From the NCBI GenBank assembly GCA_030390025.1, contig CM059432.1:2480001-2544000 (forward strand): a stretch of 64,000 nt of DNA. The letters are read 5' to 3'. Below are positions 1 to 11,106 of this stretch, in pieces. The stretch is from Squalus acanthias (lineage: Eukaryota). The notes below the pieces were generated by a model, which did no database searches, was not told the origin of the DNA, and was given only the letters and a program-made list of their open reading frames with translations. Position numbers and translations under genes: made by a program. Every line of letters begins with the position of its first letter. Position 1 is the first letter of the stretch.

Positions 1-47
1 GGCAGGTGTTTAGCGATCTGGATATTTAAGGCCTTGGTTCCGAAGAC

Positions 48-206
48 GCTCCTTAAAACCTCCCTCTCGACCAAGCTTCGGCTCACCTGGCCCGATATCT
101 CCTTATGTGTCTCGGTGTCAAGTTTTTGTTTGATAATCGCTCCTGTGAAGCGCCCTGGGGATGTTTTACTAGGTTAAAGACGCTGAATAAATACAAGTTG
201 TCGTTG
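48..206 (+). mobile_element. L2-clade LINE 3' tail fragment
   Basis: Same 3' UTR as the longer L2 copies at 17373-17967 and 52960-53556, ending in a (GTT)-like tail. Confidence 0.7.
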
Positions 207-210
207 TATT

Positions 211-980
211 GGCCCGTATTTTCCGATCGGAGGATTCCCGCGTGCGGAGGCCTCCGATCTGGAAAAAATCTACGCCCTTACCCGAGGGCTCCCGAGGTCC
301 GGACACTTCCGCTCCTGGGCCTCGCCAACTCGAAATGCGCAGAGGCCCACGTATCCCAGGGGGCGCAGGCGGTTCGCAAGCGTCCCTGGGATCACGTGGG
401 CCATGGGGAGCCAATGGGAGAAGGGAATCTCCCTTCACACTTTTGAGAGATCTCTCAGCTTAGACCCGTCAAAAGTATGAATGGAAATCACTCCAAAAAC
501 ACATCAAAACATTAAGTACATTTTAAAAAATCACGTTTTTAAAATGAGTTAAAATTACATTAAATTAAATATTTTTAACCAAAAATTTTATTTTTTGAAA
601 AAATAATTCAAGTTTTTTACAAGACTAAAAATAAACTTACCTTTTTTTAAAGTATTTTTAAATTATAAATGAGTGGAAATTTTTTTAAAACTTTTTTTTT
701 AAACTCTTATGCTGGTAAAAGCAGGCCTTGTGCCCGCTTTTACCAGGCATAAGATTTTCTAAGGGTTTTCAGCGGGCAGAGGCTCTGCAGAAAGTGGAAC
801 TCTCCGCCCGCAGAGGCCCTTCTCCAGGGCAGGCGGAGGATCTATCAAGAGGATTCTTGCCAGATCGGAAGTGCCGGTTTTCAGCGCATGCGCTTCGCAC
901 GCCTGAAACCGGCACTTGCGAGGTCCCTACGGGTGGGTACACAGCTCGTACACACCCGTAGGGATCGGAAAATACGGGGC
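211..980. mobile_element. MITE-like non-autonomous DNA transposon
   Basis: 18-bp TIR ggcccgtattttccgatc (211-228) versus gatcggaaaatacggggc (963-980), 1 mismatch; GC-rich arms, AT-rich core, no credible ORF; TSD ambiguous. Confidence 0.75.
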
Positions 981-1365
981 AATATGTCCTCAGTCAACCT
1001 GCTGATAATTTAGGAGAAATATATTCCACAGTAAACGAAATACCTGGCTGGAGTTCTTTGCATACCAGTTATGAAAAGATGTTTCTTCTAAAGCATGTTT
1101 AGCTCATTATGGGTTATTTTTGTGCTGCACTTACAACTTCAGTTTGTACTGTTTAATATTTGCTGAATGTGTTGTGTATTAAATAATCGTAATTACTGTT
1201 GTAAAAATCTACCAATCTGCAGCAAGTGTGGTAGTCTAGCCTGATACTCCGCTAAATCCAAGTGCACAGATTTTTCCAATTAGCTGTAAACATCACTCTT
1301 TGGGTCACACAAACTCCACAAAGGGCAGATTATTAACAAACCAATACATCTCCCGGATACAGAGC

Positions 1366-1572
1366 AGAGGCAAAATGCTGCGGATGCTGGAAATCTGAAA
1401 TACAATGAGAAAACGCTGGAAGCACTCAGCAGGTCAGGCAGCATCGGTGGAGAGAGAAACAGAGTTAACGTTTCAGGTCGGTTCAGGTTCTGACGGCAGG
1501 TCACCGACCTGAAACGTGAACTCTGTTTCTCTCTCTACCGATGCTGCCTGACCGGCTGAGTTTTTCCAGCAT
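1366..1572. repeat. Inverted pair of Penelope-like terminal repeat fragments with a degenerate hammerhead motif
   Basis: Fold-back about 1480-1495; contains ctgacggcaggtcaccgacctgaaacgtg, a mutated version of the motif at 36960 and 51579. Confidence 0.6.
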
Positions 1573-3100
1573 TTCCTGAAAGGTCTGGCTCTAATTTTCA
1601 GACTCTGCCCTCTAGTCCTAGAATCCCCAACCAGTGGAAATAGTTTCTCTCTATCTACCCTTTCTGTTCCCCTTAATATCTTGAAAACTTCGATCAAATC
1701 ACCTCTTTAATCATCTAAATTCCAGGGAATACAACCCTGGTTTGTGCAATCTCTCCTCGTAATTTAACCCTTAGAGTCCAGCTATGATTCTGGTAAAGCA
1801 TTAGACATATGAAACTGCTGTGAAACTGGGAGGGGAGAAAATAGTACAATAGAATGCTCAGAATTGTAAGAGGGAAGGTTAGCATTGCAAGGGAGCATTG
1901 ACGGGGATTCTGCGGTTGAAATTAAACATGTAAACCACATTTATCCTCAGAACCTCAATGGCTCATAAAACTAAAACTATTCTGAATGGTATTCTTGCCC
2001 CACTGGAGGACTGATGGGAGTAAGAACAGAACAGAAGGCAGGGACAAATACACCCCATAGCTTACATGAAGTTCCAACATTTAGAACAACATAAAAAATA
2101 GGAGCAGGAGTCGGCCATTTGGCCCCTCGAGCCTGCTCCGCCATTCAATAAGATCATGGCTGAACTTCGACCCCAACTCCACTTTCCTGCCCGATCCCCA
2201 TATCCCTGGATTCCCTTAATATCCAAAAATCTATCATAGGATTACAGAGGATATACGGCACAGAAACAGGCCATTCGGCCCAACCAGTCCATGCCGGCAT
2301 TTATGCTCCACTCGAGCCTCCTCCCGTCTTTCCTCATCTAAATCTATCAGCATAACCCTCTATTCCCTTCTCCCTCAGATGTTTGTCTAGCCTCCCCTTG
2401 AAGGCATCTATACTATTCGCTTCAACCACTCCCTGTGGTAGCGAGTTCCACATTCTCGCCACTCTCTGGGTAAAGAAGTTTCTTCTGAATTCCCTATTGG
2501 ATTTCTTGGTGACTATCTTATATTGATGGCTTCTAGTTTTGCTCTTCCCCATAAGTGGAAACATTCTCTCTGTATCCACTCTATCAAAATTTTAAAGACC
2601 TCTATTAGGTCATCCCTTAGCCTTCTTTTTTTCAAGAGAAAAGAAACGCAGCCTGTTCATCCTATCGATCACTGTCTTGAATAAATTCAACAACTCAGCC
2701 TCCACAGCCCTCTGGGGTAGAGAATTCCAAAGATTCACCAACCTCTGAGTGAAGGAATTTCTTCTCATCTCAGTCCTGAATGGCCAACACTTTATTCTGA
2801 GACTGTGACCCCTGGTTCTAGACTCCCCAGCCAGGGGAAACATCCTCCCTGCATCTACCCTGTCAAGCCCTGTAAGAATTTTATATGTTTCAATGAGATC
2901 ACCTCTCATTCTTCTAAACTTCAGAGAATATAGGCCTAGTCTACTCAATCTCTCCTCATAGGACAACACCCCCATCCCAGGAACCAGTCTGGTGAACCTT
3001 CGTTGCACTCCCTCTATGGCAAGTATATCCTTCCTTAGGTAAGGAGACCAAAACTGTACACAATACTCCAGGTGTGGTCTCACCAAGGCCCTGTATAATT
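1573..3100 (-). mobile_element. Cluster of CR1 LINE 3' fragments (partly nested; unique DNA about 1800-2080)
   Basis: ORFs 1473-1697, 2334-2579 and 2610-3086 carry CR1 ORF2 C-terminal motifs ([34 protein letters not shown]). Confidence 0.85.
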
Positions 3101-3548
3101 TCCGAACCTATCAGATTTCTGTTTGCTAATTTAGGAAGAAAGTGCAAAATGTGTTATTGTCCCTGGGACTGACAATGTAGGGGGTATGAATAAACCCAGA
3201 TACAGCTAGGAGGGCACACAGGGAAGATCAGACACAGACTTCTAACCTGACCAGTAATAATCAGATCAAGGACTAGACTGTGGAAGAGAATTGTCTAAAT
3301 GATACCATGCCTCCCCATCCACCAAACCCCCAAGACAATGAACAATTACATGGAATAAAAAGAGGAAATGTTTGGAAAAACACTCGGCTGGTCAGGCAGC
3401 ATCTGTGGAGAGAGGAAGGTAGGGTTGGCATTGCTGAGCGATGAAATTAACATGTGCTCCTTCAAGTTAAAGGAGGCACACTCAAGCAATCCTCATGAAA
3501 TTTCGGTACTTGACTGGGACAGAGATCGTATCACATAGAAGGTAAGTG

Positions 3549-4010
3549 TCAGCTGTGGTTCCGTGGGTATCACTCCTGCCTCTGGTGTCAGAAGGTTGTG
3601 GATTCAAGCCCCACTATAGAGACTTGAACACAAAAATCTAAGCTGACACTTCAGTGTGGTACTGAGGGAGTGCTGCACTGTTGGAGGTGCTGTCTTTTGG
3701 ATGAGATGTTAAACCAAGGCCCTCTCAGGTGGACGTAAAAGATCCCACAGCCACTATTTTGAAGAAGAGCAGGGGAGTTATCCCTGGTGTCCTGGGGCCA
3801 ATATTTATCCCTCAATAAACATCTCTAAAACAGATTATCTGGGTCATTATCACATTGCTGTTTGTGGGAGCTTGCTGTGCGCAAATTGGCTGCCGCGTTT
3901 CCCACATTGCAACAGTGACTACACTTCAAAAAAAGTACTTCATTGGCTGTAAAGCGCTTTGAGACGTCGTAAGGTCATGAAAGGCGCTGGCTAAGTCTTT
4001 CTTTTCTTTC
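3549..4010 (+). mobile_element. tRNA-derived DeuSINE (SacSINE1-like)
   Basis: tRNA-like head, central Deu-like core (ttttggatgagatgttaaacc...aaagatccca...ggtgtcctgg) and L2-like tail; many copies in the window. Confidence 0.75.
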
Positions 4011-5244
4011 TGTCGATAACACGTGGTCCGGGTGATCTCCTGAACTGGTTTCGACCGCCTGAGGGGGTCGGAGAGGAATTGACCAGAGTATTTTTTTTTA
4101 CCTTATTGGCCCTGGGTATTTCTCTGCTTTTTTTTTTGGCCTCTTCCTGGAGATTACATGGCTTGAGGGGGGGCGGGCGGGGGGGAGATGGAAGAAGTGT
4201 CTGGTCACGATGGTCCGACCTTCACGGGTGTGGGGCAGGCTTGATGAACCAGCTGGGCTTTCCCTGTCCCTCGATTTCAGGTGTTGGTTAAAGCTAACGC
4301 AGGGGGCGGAGTGCAACTGGGTGTTGTTCCAGGTAACTAGGGATTGAGGCTGGTGATTTATCACATCAGATACTCCAGAGCTCCTGGATCCCTTGAGGGA
4401 AGAAGTAGTCGTGTGACTCAGGTTGTTAAACAAACGGAATAGGTTATGAGTACTGCTCCCCCATAGGATTGTGGAACTGCCGTCTAAGTGGCCTTGTCTG
4501 AAACCGTCGCAAGCTGAGAAACGATGGAGGTTAAATCCTTTGTCACTGGGACAGGAACCCTCAGGTGAAAGTGCTACAAAGGGCGGACAAAAAATATGAG
4601 GCGTCCAAGGAAGCTTTGCTGACCTCCTTCCTGATAACATGGAAGAAGGGACACAGTAGAGACTGACACCTAGTACAGCCTTGAGCTCGACCGAGAGTGC
4701 AACAGCTGCTCCCAGCTGGAGGGGAAATTCCTGGGGGTGGGGGGGGGAGGGATGGGTTGAATGGGTCTGATTATAAAGGGTAAGAGAAGGCGTTCCCTTC
4801 CCCATGAGATGGAATCAAAACAGTCTGCCAACTGTGCGAGCAATGGGACGTCTCTCCTGGGGCTGGAAACAAAAGGAACTATTGAAGTGTTAAAATGTCT
4901 TGGACTGGGAAGAGGAGGAGGTGGGGAGGGGGTTGGGGGTGGGGAGGGGGTTGGGGGTGGGGAGTTCTTGGACTGGAAGGAAGGCCCCTAAAAAGGGGAG
5001 GAGGGGGGGTGGGGGGGGGGGGGGTCCGTACCACGAGGAAAGCTCAGATCAGTTAGACTTTAAGGAAACGCTGTACAGTACTGCAGGGCATTTAAAACAG
5101 GCTGGTTTTATTGCTGAGTTACCAGATCAGAACCACAGCCTCAAAACTCTGAACAACTCGTTTCCATCACTTGGCTGCTTTTAACCTCCCCAGACTTGAC
5201 TTATTTATGCAAGAATTTATATAGTTTAATATTTTTTTTAAAAA

Positions 5245-5578
5245 GAACAAACTTGCATTTCTATAGCGTCTTTCACAACCTCAGGATGTCCCAAAGCGCT
5301 TCACAGCCAATGAAGTACTTTTTTTGAAGTGTAGTCACTGTTGTAATGTAGGAAATGCGGCAGCCAATTTGCGCACAGCAAGCTCCCACAAACAGCAATG
5401 TGATAATGACCAGATCATGTTTTTGTGATGTTGATTGAGGGATAAATATTGGCCCCAGGACACCGGAGAGAACTCCCCTGCTCTTCTTCGAAATAGTGCA
5501 ATGGGATCTTTTATGTCCAGCCGAGAGAGCAGACGGGGCCTCGGTTTAACGTCTCATCTGAATGACGGCCCCTCCGAC
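5245..5578 (-). mobile_element. DeuSINE, 5'-truncated
   Basis: Reverse complement of the 3549-4010 family. Confidence 0.75.
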
Positions 5579-5709
5579 TGGTTATGTGGTTTTAGAGTAG
5601 GGAATGCGTTTCAAATTGCAGCTACAGTCACTTGTAGCCCAGTAATTCTGCTAATTGAGCCCTCAAGACAAAATGAAGTAAATGTAATTTTTTTTAACTC
5701 ACTTCACAC

Positions 5710-5898
5710 CAACGTTCCGTCTAAGCTAAACGCGATTGCGTGTCCGCGCGGCCACACAGCTTGTCTGTCGTTCCCGCGCAGCCTGGGGGGCGGCTTTTCA
5801 AATGTGAAACTTCGCGCATGTGTGAAACTTTGAACGGGCCGCGCAGCCCCTTAAAGGGACCGCGCTCCCCCCCCAAAAAAAAACTGGGGCGAACATTG
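5710..5898. mobile_element. hAT-type MITE
   Basis: Ends caacgttc.../...gaacattg; perfect 8-bp TSD cttcacac at 5702-5709 and 5899-5906. Confidence 0.85.
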
Positions 5899-5919
5899 CT
5901 TCACACTAGAAAGTTCTGT

Positions 5920-6545
5920 TTACTTGGAGAGACTGGAGAAGCTGGGATTGTTCTCCTTGGAGCAGAGAAGGTTAAGAGAAGATTTGATCGAGGTGTTCAA
6001 AATGATGAAAGGTTTTGATGGAGTAAATAAGGAGAAACTGTTTCCACAGGCAGAAGGGTCGAGAACCAGAGGACACAGATTTAAGATAATTGGCAAAAGA
6101 ACCAGAGGGAGGAGATGAGGAGAATTTGTTTTGCGCAGCGAGTTGTTGTGATCTGGAATGCGCTGCCTGAAAGGGCGGTGGAAGCAGATTCAATAGAAAC
6201 TTTCAAAAGGGAATTGGATAAATACTTGAAGGGGAGAAATTTGCAGGGCTATGGGGAAAGAGCAGGAGGAGTGGGACTAATTGGAGAGCTCTTTCAAAGA
6301 GCCGGCACAGGCACGATGGGCTGAATGGCCTCCTCCTGTGCATAAATAAAAATTCTCCTTCTCATCTCCCCCTCTGGTTCTTTTGCCAATTATCTCCAAT
6401 CTGTGTCCTCTGGTTACCGACCCTCCTGCCACTGGAAACAGTTTCTCCTTATTTACTCTATCAAAACCCCTTCATGATTGTGAACACCTCTATTAAATCT
6501 CCCCTTAACCTATCTGCTCGAAGGAGAACAACCCCAGCTTCTCTA
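5920..6545. mobile_element. CR1 3' fragment (+) followed by an inverted CR1 fragment (-)
   Basis: ORFs 5924-6118 and 6115-6324 are CR1 C-terminus; about 6350-6545 is the reverse complement of about 5935-6125. Confidence 0.8.
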
Positions 6546-6930
6546 AGTCTTCCACACGTGAATGGGCAAAGTGTGCAGCTTGAGAAGAGACAGAAAGGAT
6601 GGAAGTGACCGGTTGTCGTTAATGGGGAAGGGAAGCTTTTGTACGAGTTCCCTGTCAATGAGTGATCTATAAACAACAACATTGTATTCCAGACCGTGAC
6701 ATACCAAGACAACCTTAGAAAGGAGATCTACTGTACCCACTGTGACATTCAGTTATTTTTTTTTGGGGCCATGGCAGATTTATTTAATCGCTAAGCAACC
6801 TCACCGAGGTGAAAATAATGCACCTCCTGCGGATTGTTCTACTCAAAATATTCAAACAAAAGGCCAATTCTTTCCTTGCTGGCACTGTATATTCCTTGTA
6901 AAACTCTCCCGAGGTGAATGTTATGTTGTG

Positions 6931-6963
6931 GCCTCCCTCTGGTGGTGCGATTTTGACACTGCA
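6931..6963 (-). promoter_or_regulatory. Candidate bipartite CTCF site
   Basis: Minus strand TGCAGTGTC-aaaatc-gcaCCACCAGAGGGAGGC: core-like motif plus upstream motif at typical spacing. Confidence 0.5.
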
Positions 6964-7159
6964 CGCTAGATTTTGTGGTTTTAAAAATACGACAGTGTTT
7001 TCTGGACTTATCCTGGTAAAATAAGTCTGCCAGTGACCTCTGTGTCTATGGGCTGGTTGTGAATTCCTCATTGGTAAACTTTCGCAAGATCGAAATGAGC
7101 TTCAAAAGATTAAAACGTCAGCGAGATTCAATATTTACAGAGAGGCAGTGCAGCTTTAT

Positions 7160-7590
7160 TTTTATTCATTCGTGGGATGTGGGCGTACCAGCATTTATTG
7201 CCCATCCCTAGTTGCCCTTGAGAAGGTGGTGGTGAGCCGCCCTCTTGAACCGCTGCAGTCCGTGTGGTGAAGGTGCTCCCACAGTGCTGTTAGGGAGGGA
7301 GTTCCAGGTTTTTGACCCAGCGACGATGAAGGAACGGCCGATATATTTCCAAGTCAGGATGGTGTGTGACTTGGAGGGGAACTTGGAGGTGGTGGTGTTC
7401 CCATGCACCTGCTGCCCTTGTCCTTCTAGGTGGAAGAGGTCGCGGGTTTGGGAGGTGCTGCCGAAGAAGCCTTGGCGAGTTGCTGCAGTGCATCTTGTAG
7501 ATGGTACACACTGCAGCCACGGTACGCCGGTGGTGGAGGGAGTGAATGTTTAAGGTGGTGGATGGGGTGCCAATCAAGCGGGCTGCTTTG
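7160..7590 (-). mobile_element. Second CR1-group LINE family, 3' end
   Basis: ORF 7290-7577 (SLHHRRTVAAVCTIYKMHC) matches the C-terminus of the RT ORF at 62764-63534. Confidence 0.8.
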
Positions 7591-7789
7591 ACTGACTTGC
7601 GTGTTTCAATATTGGCTTATTAACAATAGCAGGGCTCATATTTGTTCTCATACTTACTTGCCTGCGCAATAATCTTCCTTAATCTCTTTCTAAGCAGCAA
7701 CTTCAAATTTTTTTTATATTGGTTTTAACATTTACTGTCTGGTCAAGTTTGAAGCCCTTAAGGTATAAAGCACAGCATCCGTTGTAAAT

Positions 7790-8165
7790 CCCACTGCCTC
7801 TCCTTCCCATTAATTAACCCACTATAAATAAACACCATCTATGAGGTTTTGCACATAGATGCAATTAGGCGACACTGTAATTTGAGCCCCATAATGCCTC
7901 GTTTTAAGATTTAATTAGGGACTAATTACACACAATTAATAGGTGAAATCAGAATATTTTCTATAGTATTGTCGTTTCTATAGCAACACCAGCTTATGTG
8001 ACAGACCGTTGCGTGCAAAATTGCTCCTTTTCATGCAAAAGCATTTCTTTAATGTCTAATTAGGACTTTTACAATACGTTCCGATTCCGATTGATTCTCT
8101 CACAATATGGCGTTCAGAGATGGTTGTCATTAACTTTTTGTCTTTTGAACACTTACCTGATAGTC
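7790..8165 (-). repeat. Probable MER121-like ancient conserved repeat
   Basis: Minus strand reads ...aaatgcttttgcatgaaaag...tgtcacataagctggtgttgctatagaaacgacaat...aaatattctga...taattagt...gcattatggggctcaaattacag...ctcatagatg...ttaattaatggg, colinear with my recollection of the MER121 consensus; about 375 bp; not database-verified. Confidence 0.6.
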
Positions 8166-9668
8166 TGTAATTACAGTCTATAAGTACCTGCACATTACCG
8201 AAACAGGCAGCTCCTTACAGTTCTTGGTAATTAGAAAGCTCCCAAGAACAGTGCATTAGAGGAATAATTTAGGATCGCTAATATCGACTTTATGTGGAAA
8301 AACCAGGGTCGTTATCAGGTAATTACCACCCCTGCACGCAGGTGTATGTGCTTACCACAAATGGTGGCATTTGTAGGATGCTATCCTCTGCGCTCTCGCG
8401 CGCCGAGCAAGCCCACGCGTACCACGCACTCTGGGAGCTGGGGAGACTGGCGGAGTGTTCTTGATCGCAGAGCTGCATCAAGAACTAATAATTCTAAAAA
8501 TTGCTTTCTGCACAGAAATCCCATAATTGTGATATCCTGCAGGAGCGCGAGTCTTGGGATCCGTCATCCTGCACTGCCTCAAACGAGACAATGGGGTTCT
8601 TCGTCTAAAGATCAGCTTGCGGTGCGGCTGAATCACTGGAGGAGATACCAACACAGGAATTTTTAATAATGGTTTTATATATCTATATTTTTAACATTGT
8701 CTGTGGAAGTTGCTTATTAAATACTACTCTGCTAAGACTTTGAACTCTACTTGCTTTTAAAAACTTCCAGAAATGTAGATGTAACAAAATAGTAGACTTG
8801 TTTATAAAGATACAATGGCCCAGATCTTTCCTGGAACGGGGCAGCTCACGCCGTGCCCCGTTAGTTAGACTTGTTCCCTCACCCTTCAGCTCAAAAGATT
8901 TTTGCACCGTAACTTGCTGGAAGTGTGAGCAGCTAAAGGGCGAGGGCACCTGGGACCTCGGTGAACGACGGGACCAACAATCTATCTCCTTAACCGGTGA
9001 AGTTAAAGAGTGAGAAAGAAACAGAGAAGCAACGGGGAAGGTAATCGGGTGAATTAGAGTCAAATCAGGCACAGAAAGAGAAATAAAGAGAAGGAAAGAA
9101 AGATTAGATTAAGAGAGAAAAAAAGAATCAGAAAGAAAAAGCAAGAAAAAAATTTTGGGGTAAAAATTCATTTGGTTGCGCCTCCCGTTAGCGCCTTAAG
9201 AGGGCGCTAATGGGGCGCAAAGCCGCTAACGCCCGGGCGCAGCGATGTTTGCGCCGCTCGGGAACTTAACTAGAGATTGTGCGGCGGCGCTAAAACTTAC
9301 CGCTGCGACCACCTGCGCGCGCAGATTGTGACGTCATTCCATGGTGCAACGCCCTTGTGGCGCCCCGGAGCGGAAATTGAGTGGCGCCCCCTGCCTTACC
9401 GCCTGGCGCATCCAACGACCTGGAAGACTGGAACGCTATCAATCGCTGTGGGGCTGGGGGGGGCGCTATTTAAAGGGGGCCTCTTCCTGTCTTTTTCTGT
9501 GGTCGACATTTTTGCACCACTCGTTCTGAGAGAGAGAGAGAGATTCGGAGAGAGAGAAAGAGAGACTTCTGCATTGACTCAACGCTTTGTGAGGTAGTTT
9601 TGCCTACTGATCCTAACTTCGCTGGTACTTTAGTTGCTGTCCTTCATTACTTTGCTTGCAAAGAGAAT

Positions 9669-10829
9669 ATGGGGGCTGCACTGATTGGGGGCGTCGTCCT
9701 GCTCCAGCTGAATCGGAGGATACAGAGACGCAGAGAGAGAGTGGCAATGATGGCCAGACGGAGGAGGGCCAACAGGCGTATGTACAGGAGAGCTTACCCT
9801 CCCAGGGTATATCGTGAACAGCTCTCCTACATTCATATGTCTGAGGAGCTGTGTTTGCGAAGGCTGCGATTCAGCAAGGAGGTGGTCACTGAGCTCTGCC
9901 ACCTGCTGCAGCCAGATCTGCAGCCTCAACTGAGGTCCAGGACGTCTCTGTCGGTGGCAGTGAAGGTCACAGTGGCTCTCAACTTTTACGCTACTGGCTC
10001 ATTTCAAGCTGCTGCTGGGGACCTCGCCAATATCTCCCAGTTCGCGGTGCATTGCTGCATCCGGCAGGTCACAAATGCCCTCTTTAAAAGGAGACGAGAG
10101 TTCATCTCTTTCCCCATGACCCCAGACAAGCAGCGTGACCGCGCTCTGGGCTTTGCGAGGGTAGCGGGCTTCCCCATGGTGCAGGGCGCCATTGACTGCA
10201 CGCATGTGGCTTTGCGTGCTCCGCATGAGAATGCCGAGGAATTCCGGAACAGAAAGGGGTTCCATTCCTTGAATGTTCAGTTGGTCTGTGACCACAGACA
10301 GCTGATACTCGCTGTCAATGCCCACTATCCTGGCAGCTGCCACGATGCTTTTATCCTGCGCCAGACTACTGTGGCAGAACTTTTCGAGGCACCGCATCAG
10401 CCAGTTGGTTGGCTTCTCGGGGACAAGGGGTATGCATTGAGCACCTGGCTGATGACACCGCTCCGTACGCCCAACACCCCTGCTGAGCTGTGGTACAATG
10501 AGAGCCATCAAGCTACCAGGAACATAATTGAGCGCACAGTCGGCGTGCTGAAGCAACGGTTCCGCTGTCTCGACCATTCTGGAGGAGCCCTGCAGTACTC
10601 GCCTGAGCGAGTATCGAACTTCGTAGTCGTGTGCTGCATGTTGCATAACATGGCAATCCTCAGGACCCAGCCAATGCCACCAGGCCTTGGAGCACCACCA
10701 GAGGAGGAGGAGGAAGAGGAGGAAGAGGACGAGGACGATGATCATCAGCAGCACCAAGGCGGGAGGGCGGCCCACAATGGTCAAACTGCAAGGGCCGTCC
10801 GTCAACGGCTAATAGCAAGCCGCTTCTAG
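9669..10829 (+). CDS. Harbinger DDE transposase (HARBI1-like, DDE_Tnp_4 family), 386 aa from first ATG
   Basis: Uninterrupted ORF (open from 9600); HTH region FYATGSFQ..GDLANISQ; catalytic motifs GAIDCTHV, NRKGFHSLNVQLVCD, PGSCHDAFI, LLGDKGY, RNIIERTVGVLKQRFRCL, CCMLHN; acidic tail. Confidence 0.95.
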   Translation: MGAALIGGVVLLQLNRRIQRRRERVAMMARRRRANRRMYRRAYPPRVYREQLSYIHMSEELCLRRLRFSKEVVTELCHLLQPDLQPQLRSRTSLSVAVKVTVALNFYATGSFQAAAGDLANISQFAVHCCIRQVTNALFKRRREFISFPMTPDKQRDRALGFARVAGFPMVQGAIDCTHVALRAPHENAEEFRNRKGFHSLNVQLVCDHRQLILAVNAHYPGSCHDAFILRQTTVAELFEAPHQPVGWLLGDKGYALSTWLMTPLRTPNTPAELWYNESHQATRNIIERTVGVLKQRFRCLDHSGGALQYSPERVSNFVVVCCMLHNMAILRTQPMPPGLGAPPEEEEEEEEEDEDDDHQQHQGGRAAHNGQTARAVRQRLIASRF

Positions 10830-11106
10830 GGCCCCTGCTGTGGAAATGGCTTCTGCCATTGCTAACAACATTAACGAACCCAGCACGCAACCCCTAAGCC
10901 GGCCAAGGCACCAATAATTCCAACCACCAGCCATGTATATTTTGAATACAGAAACTTATTTATTTTACAAACTCTGTGTGTGTCAATTCCTCATGACAAA
11001 CTCATAGAAATAAACACAACAAAACAGTCAATAACATAACTGGTTCTCACAACCTGGAGATAATGTCCAAAACACTAAACAAAAGTTGGACCATGAACCT
11101 CGACCT

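Noticed and set aside
4098..4805. 235-aa minus-strand ORF as a gene
   Set aside because: No recognisable domain, low-complexity ends, and it appears to run into repeat-derived sequence.
9999..10805. 268-aa antisense ORF, and similar ORFs over the Myb gene and the LINEs
   Set aside because: Shadow frames of GC-rich coding sequence with no recognisable domains.
9669..10829. Domesticated host HARBI1 gene
   Set aside because: It sits inside TIRs with a TSD and a partner Myb gene, so it is a transposon copy; no gene symbol assigned.
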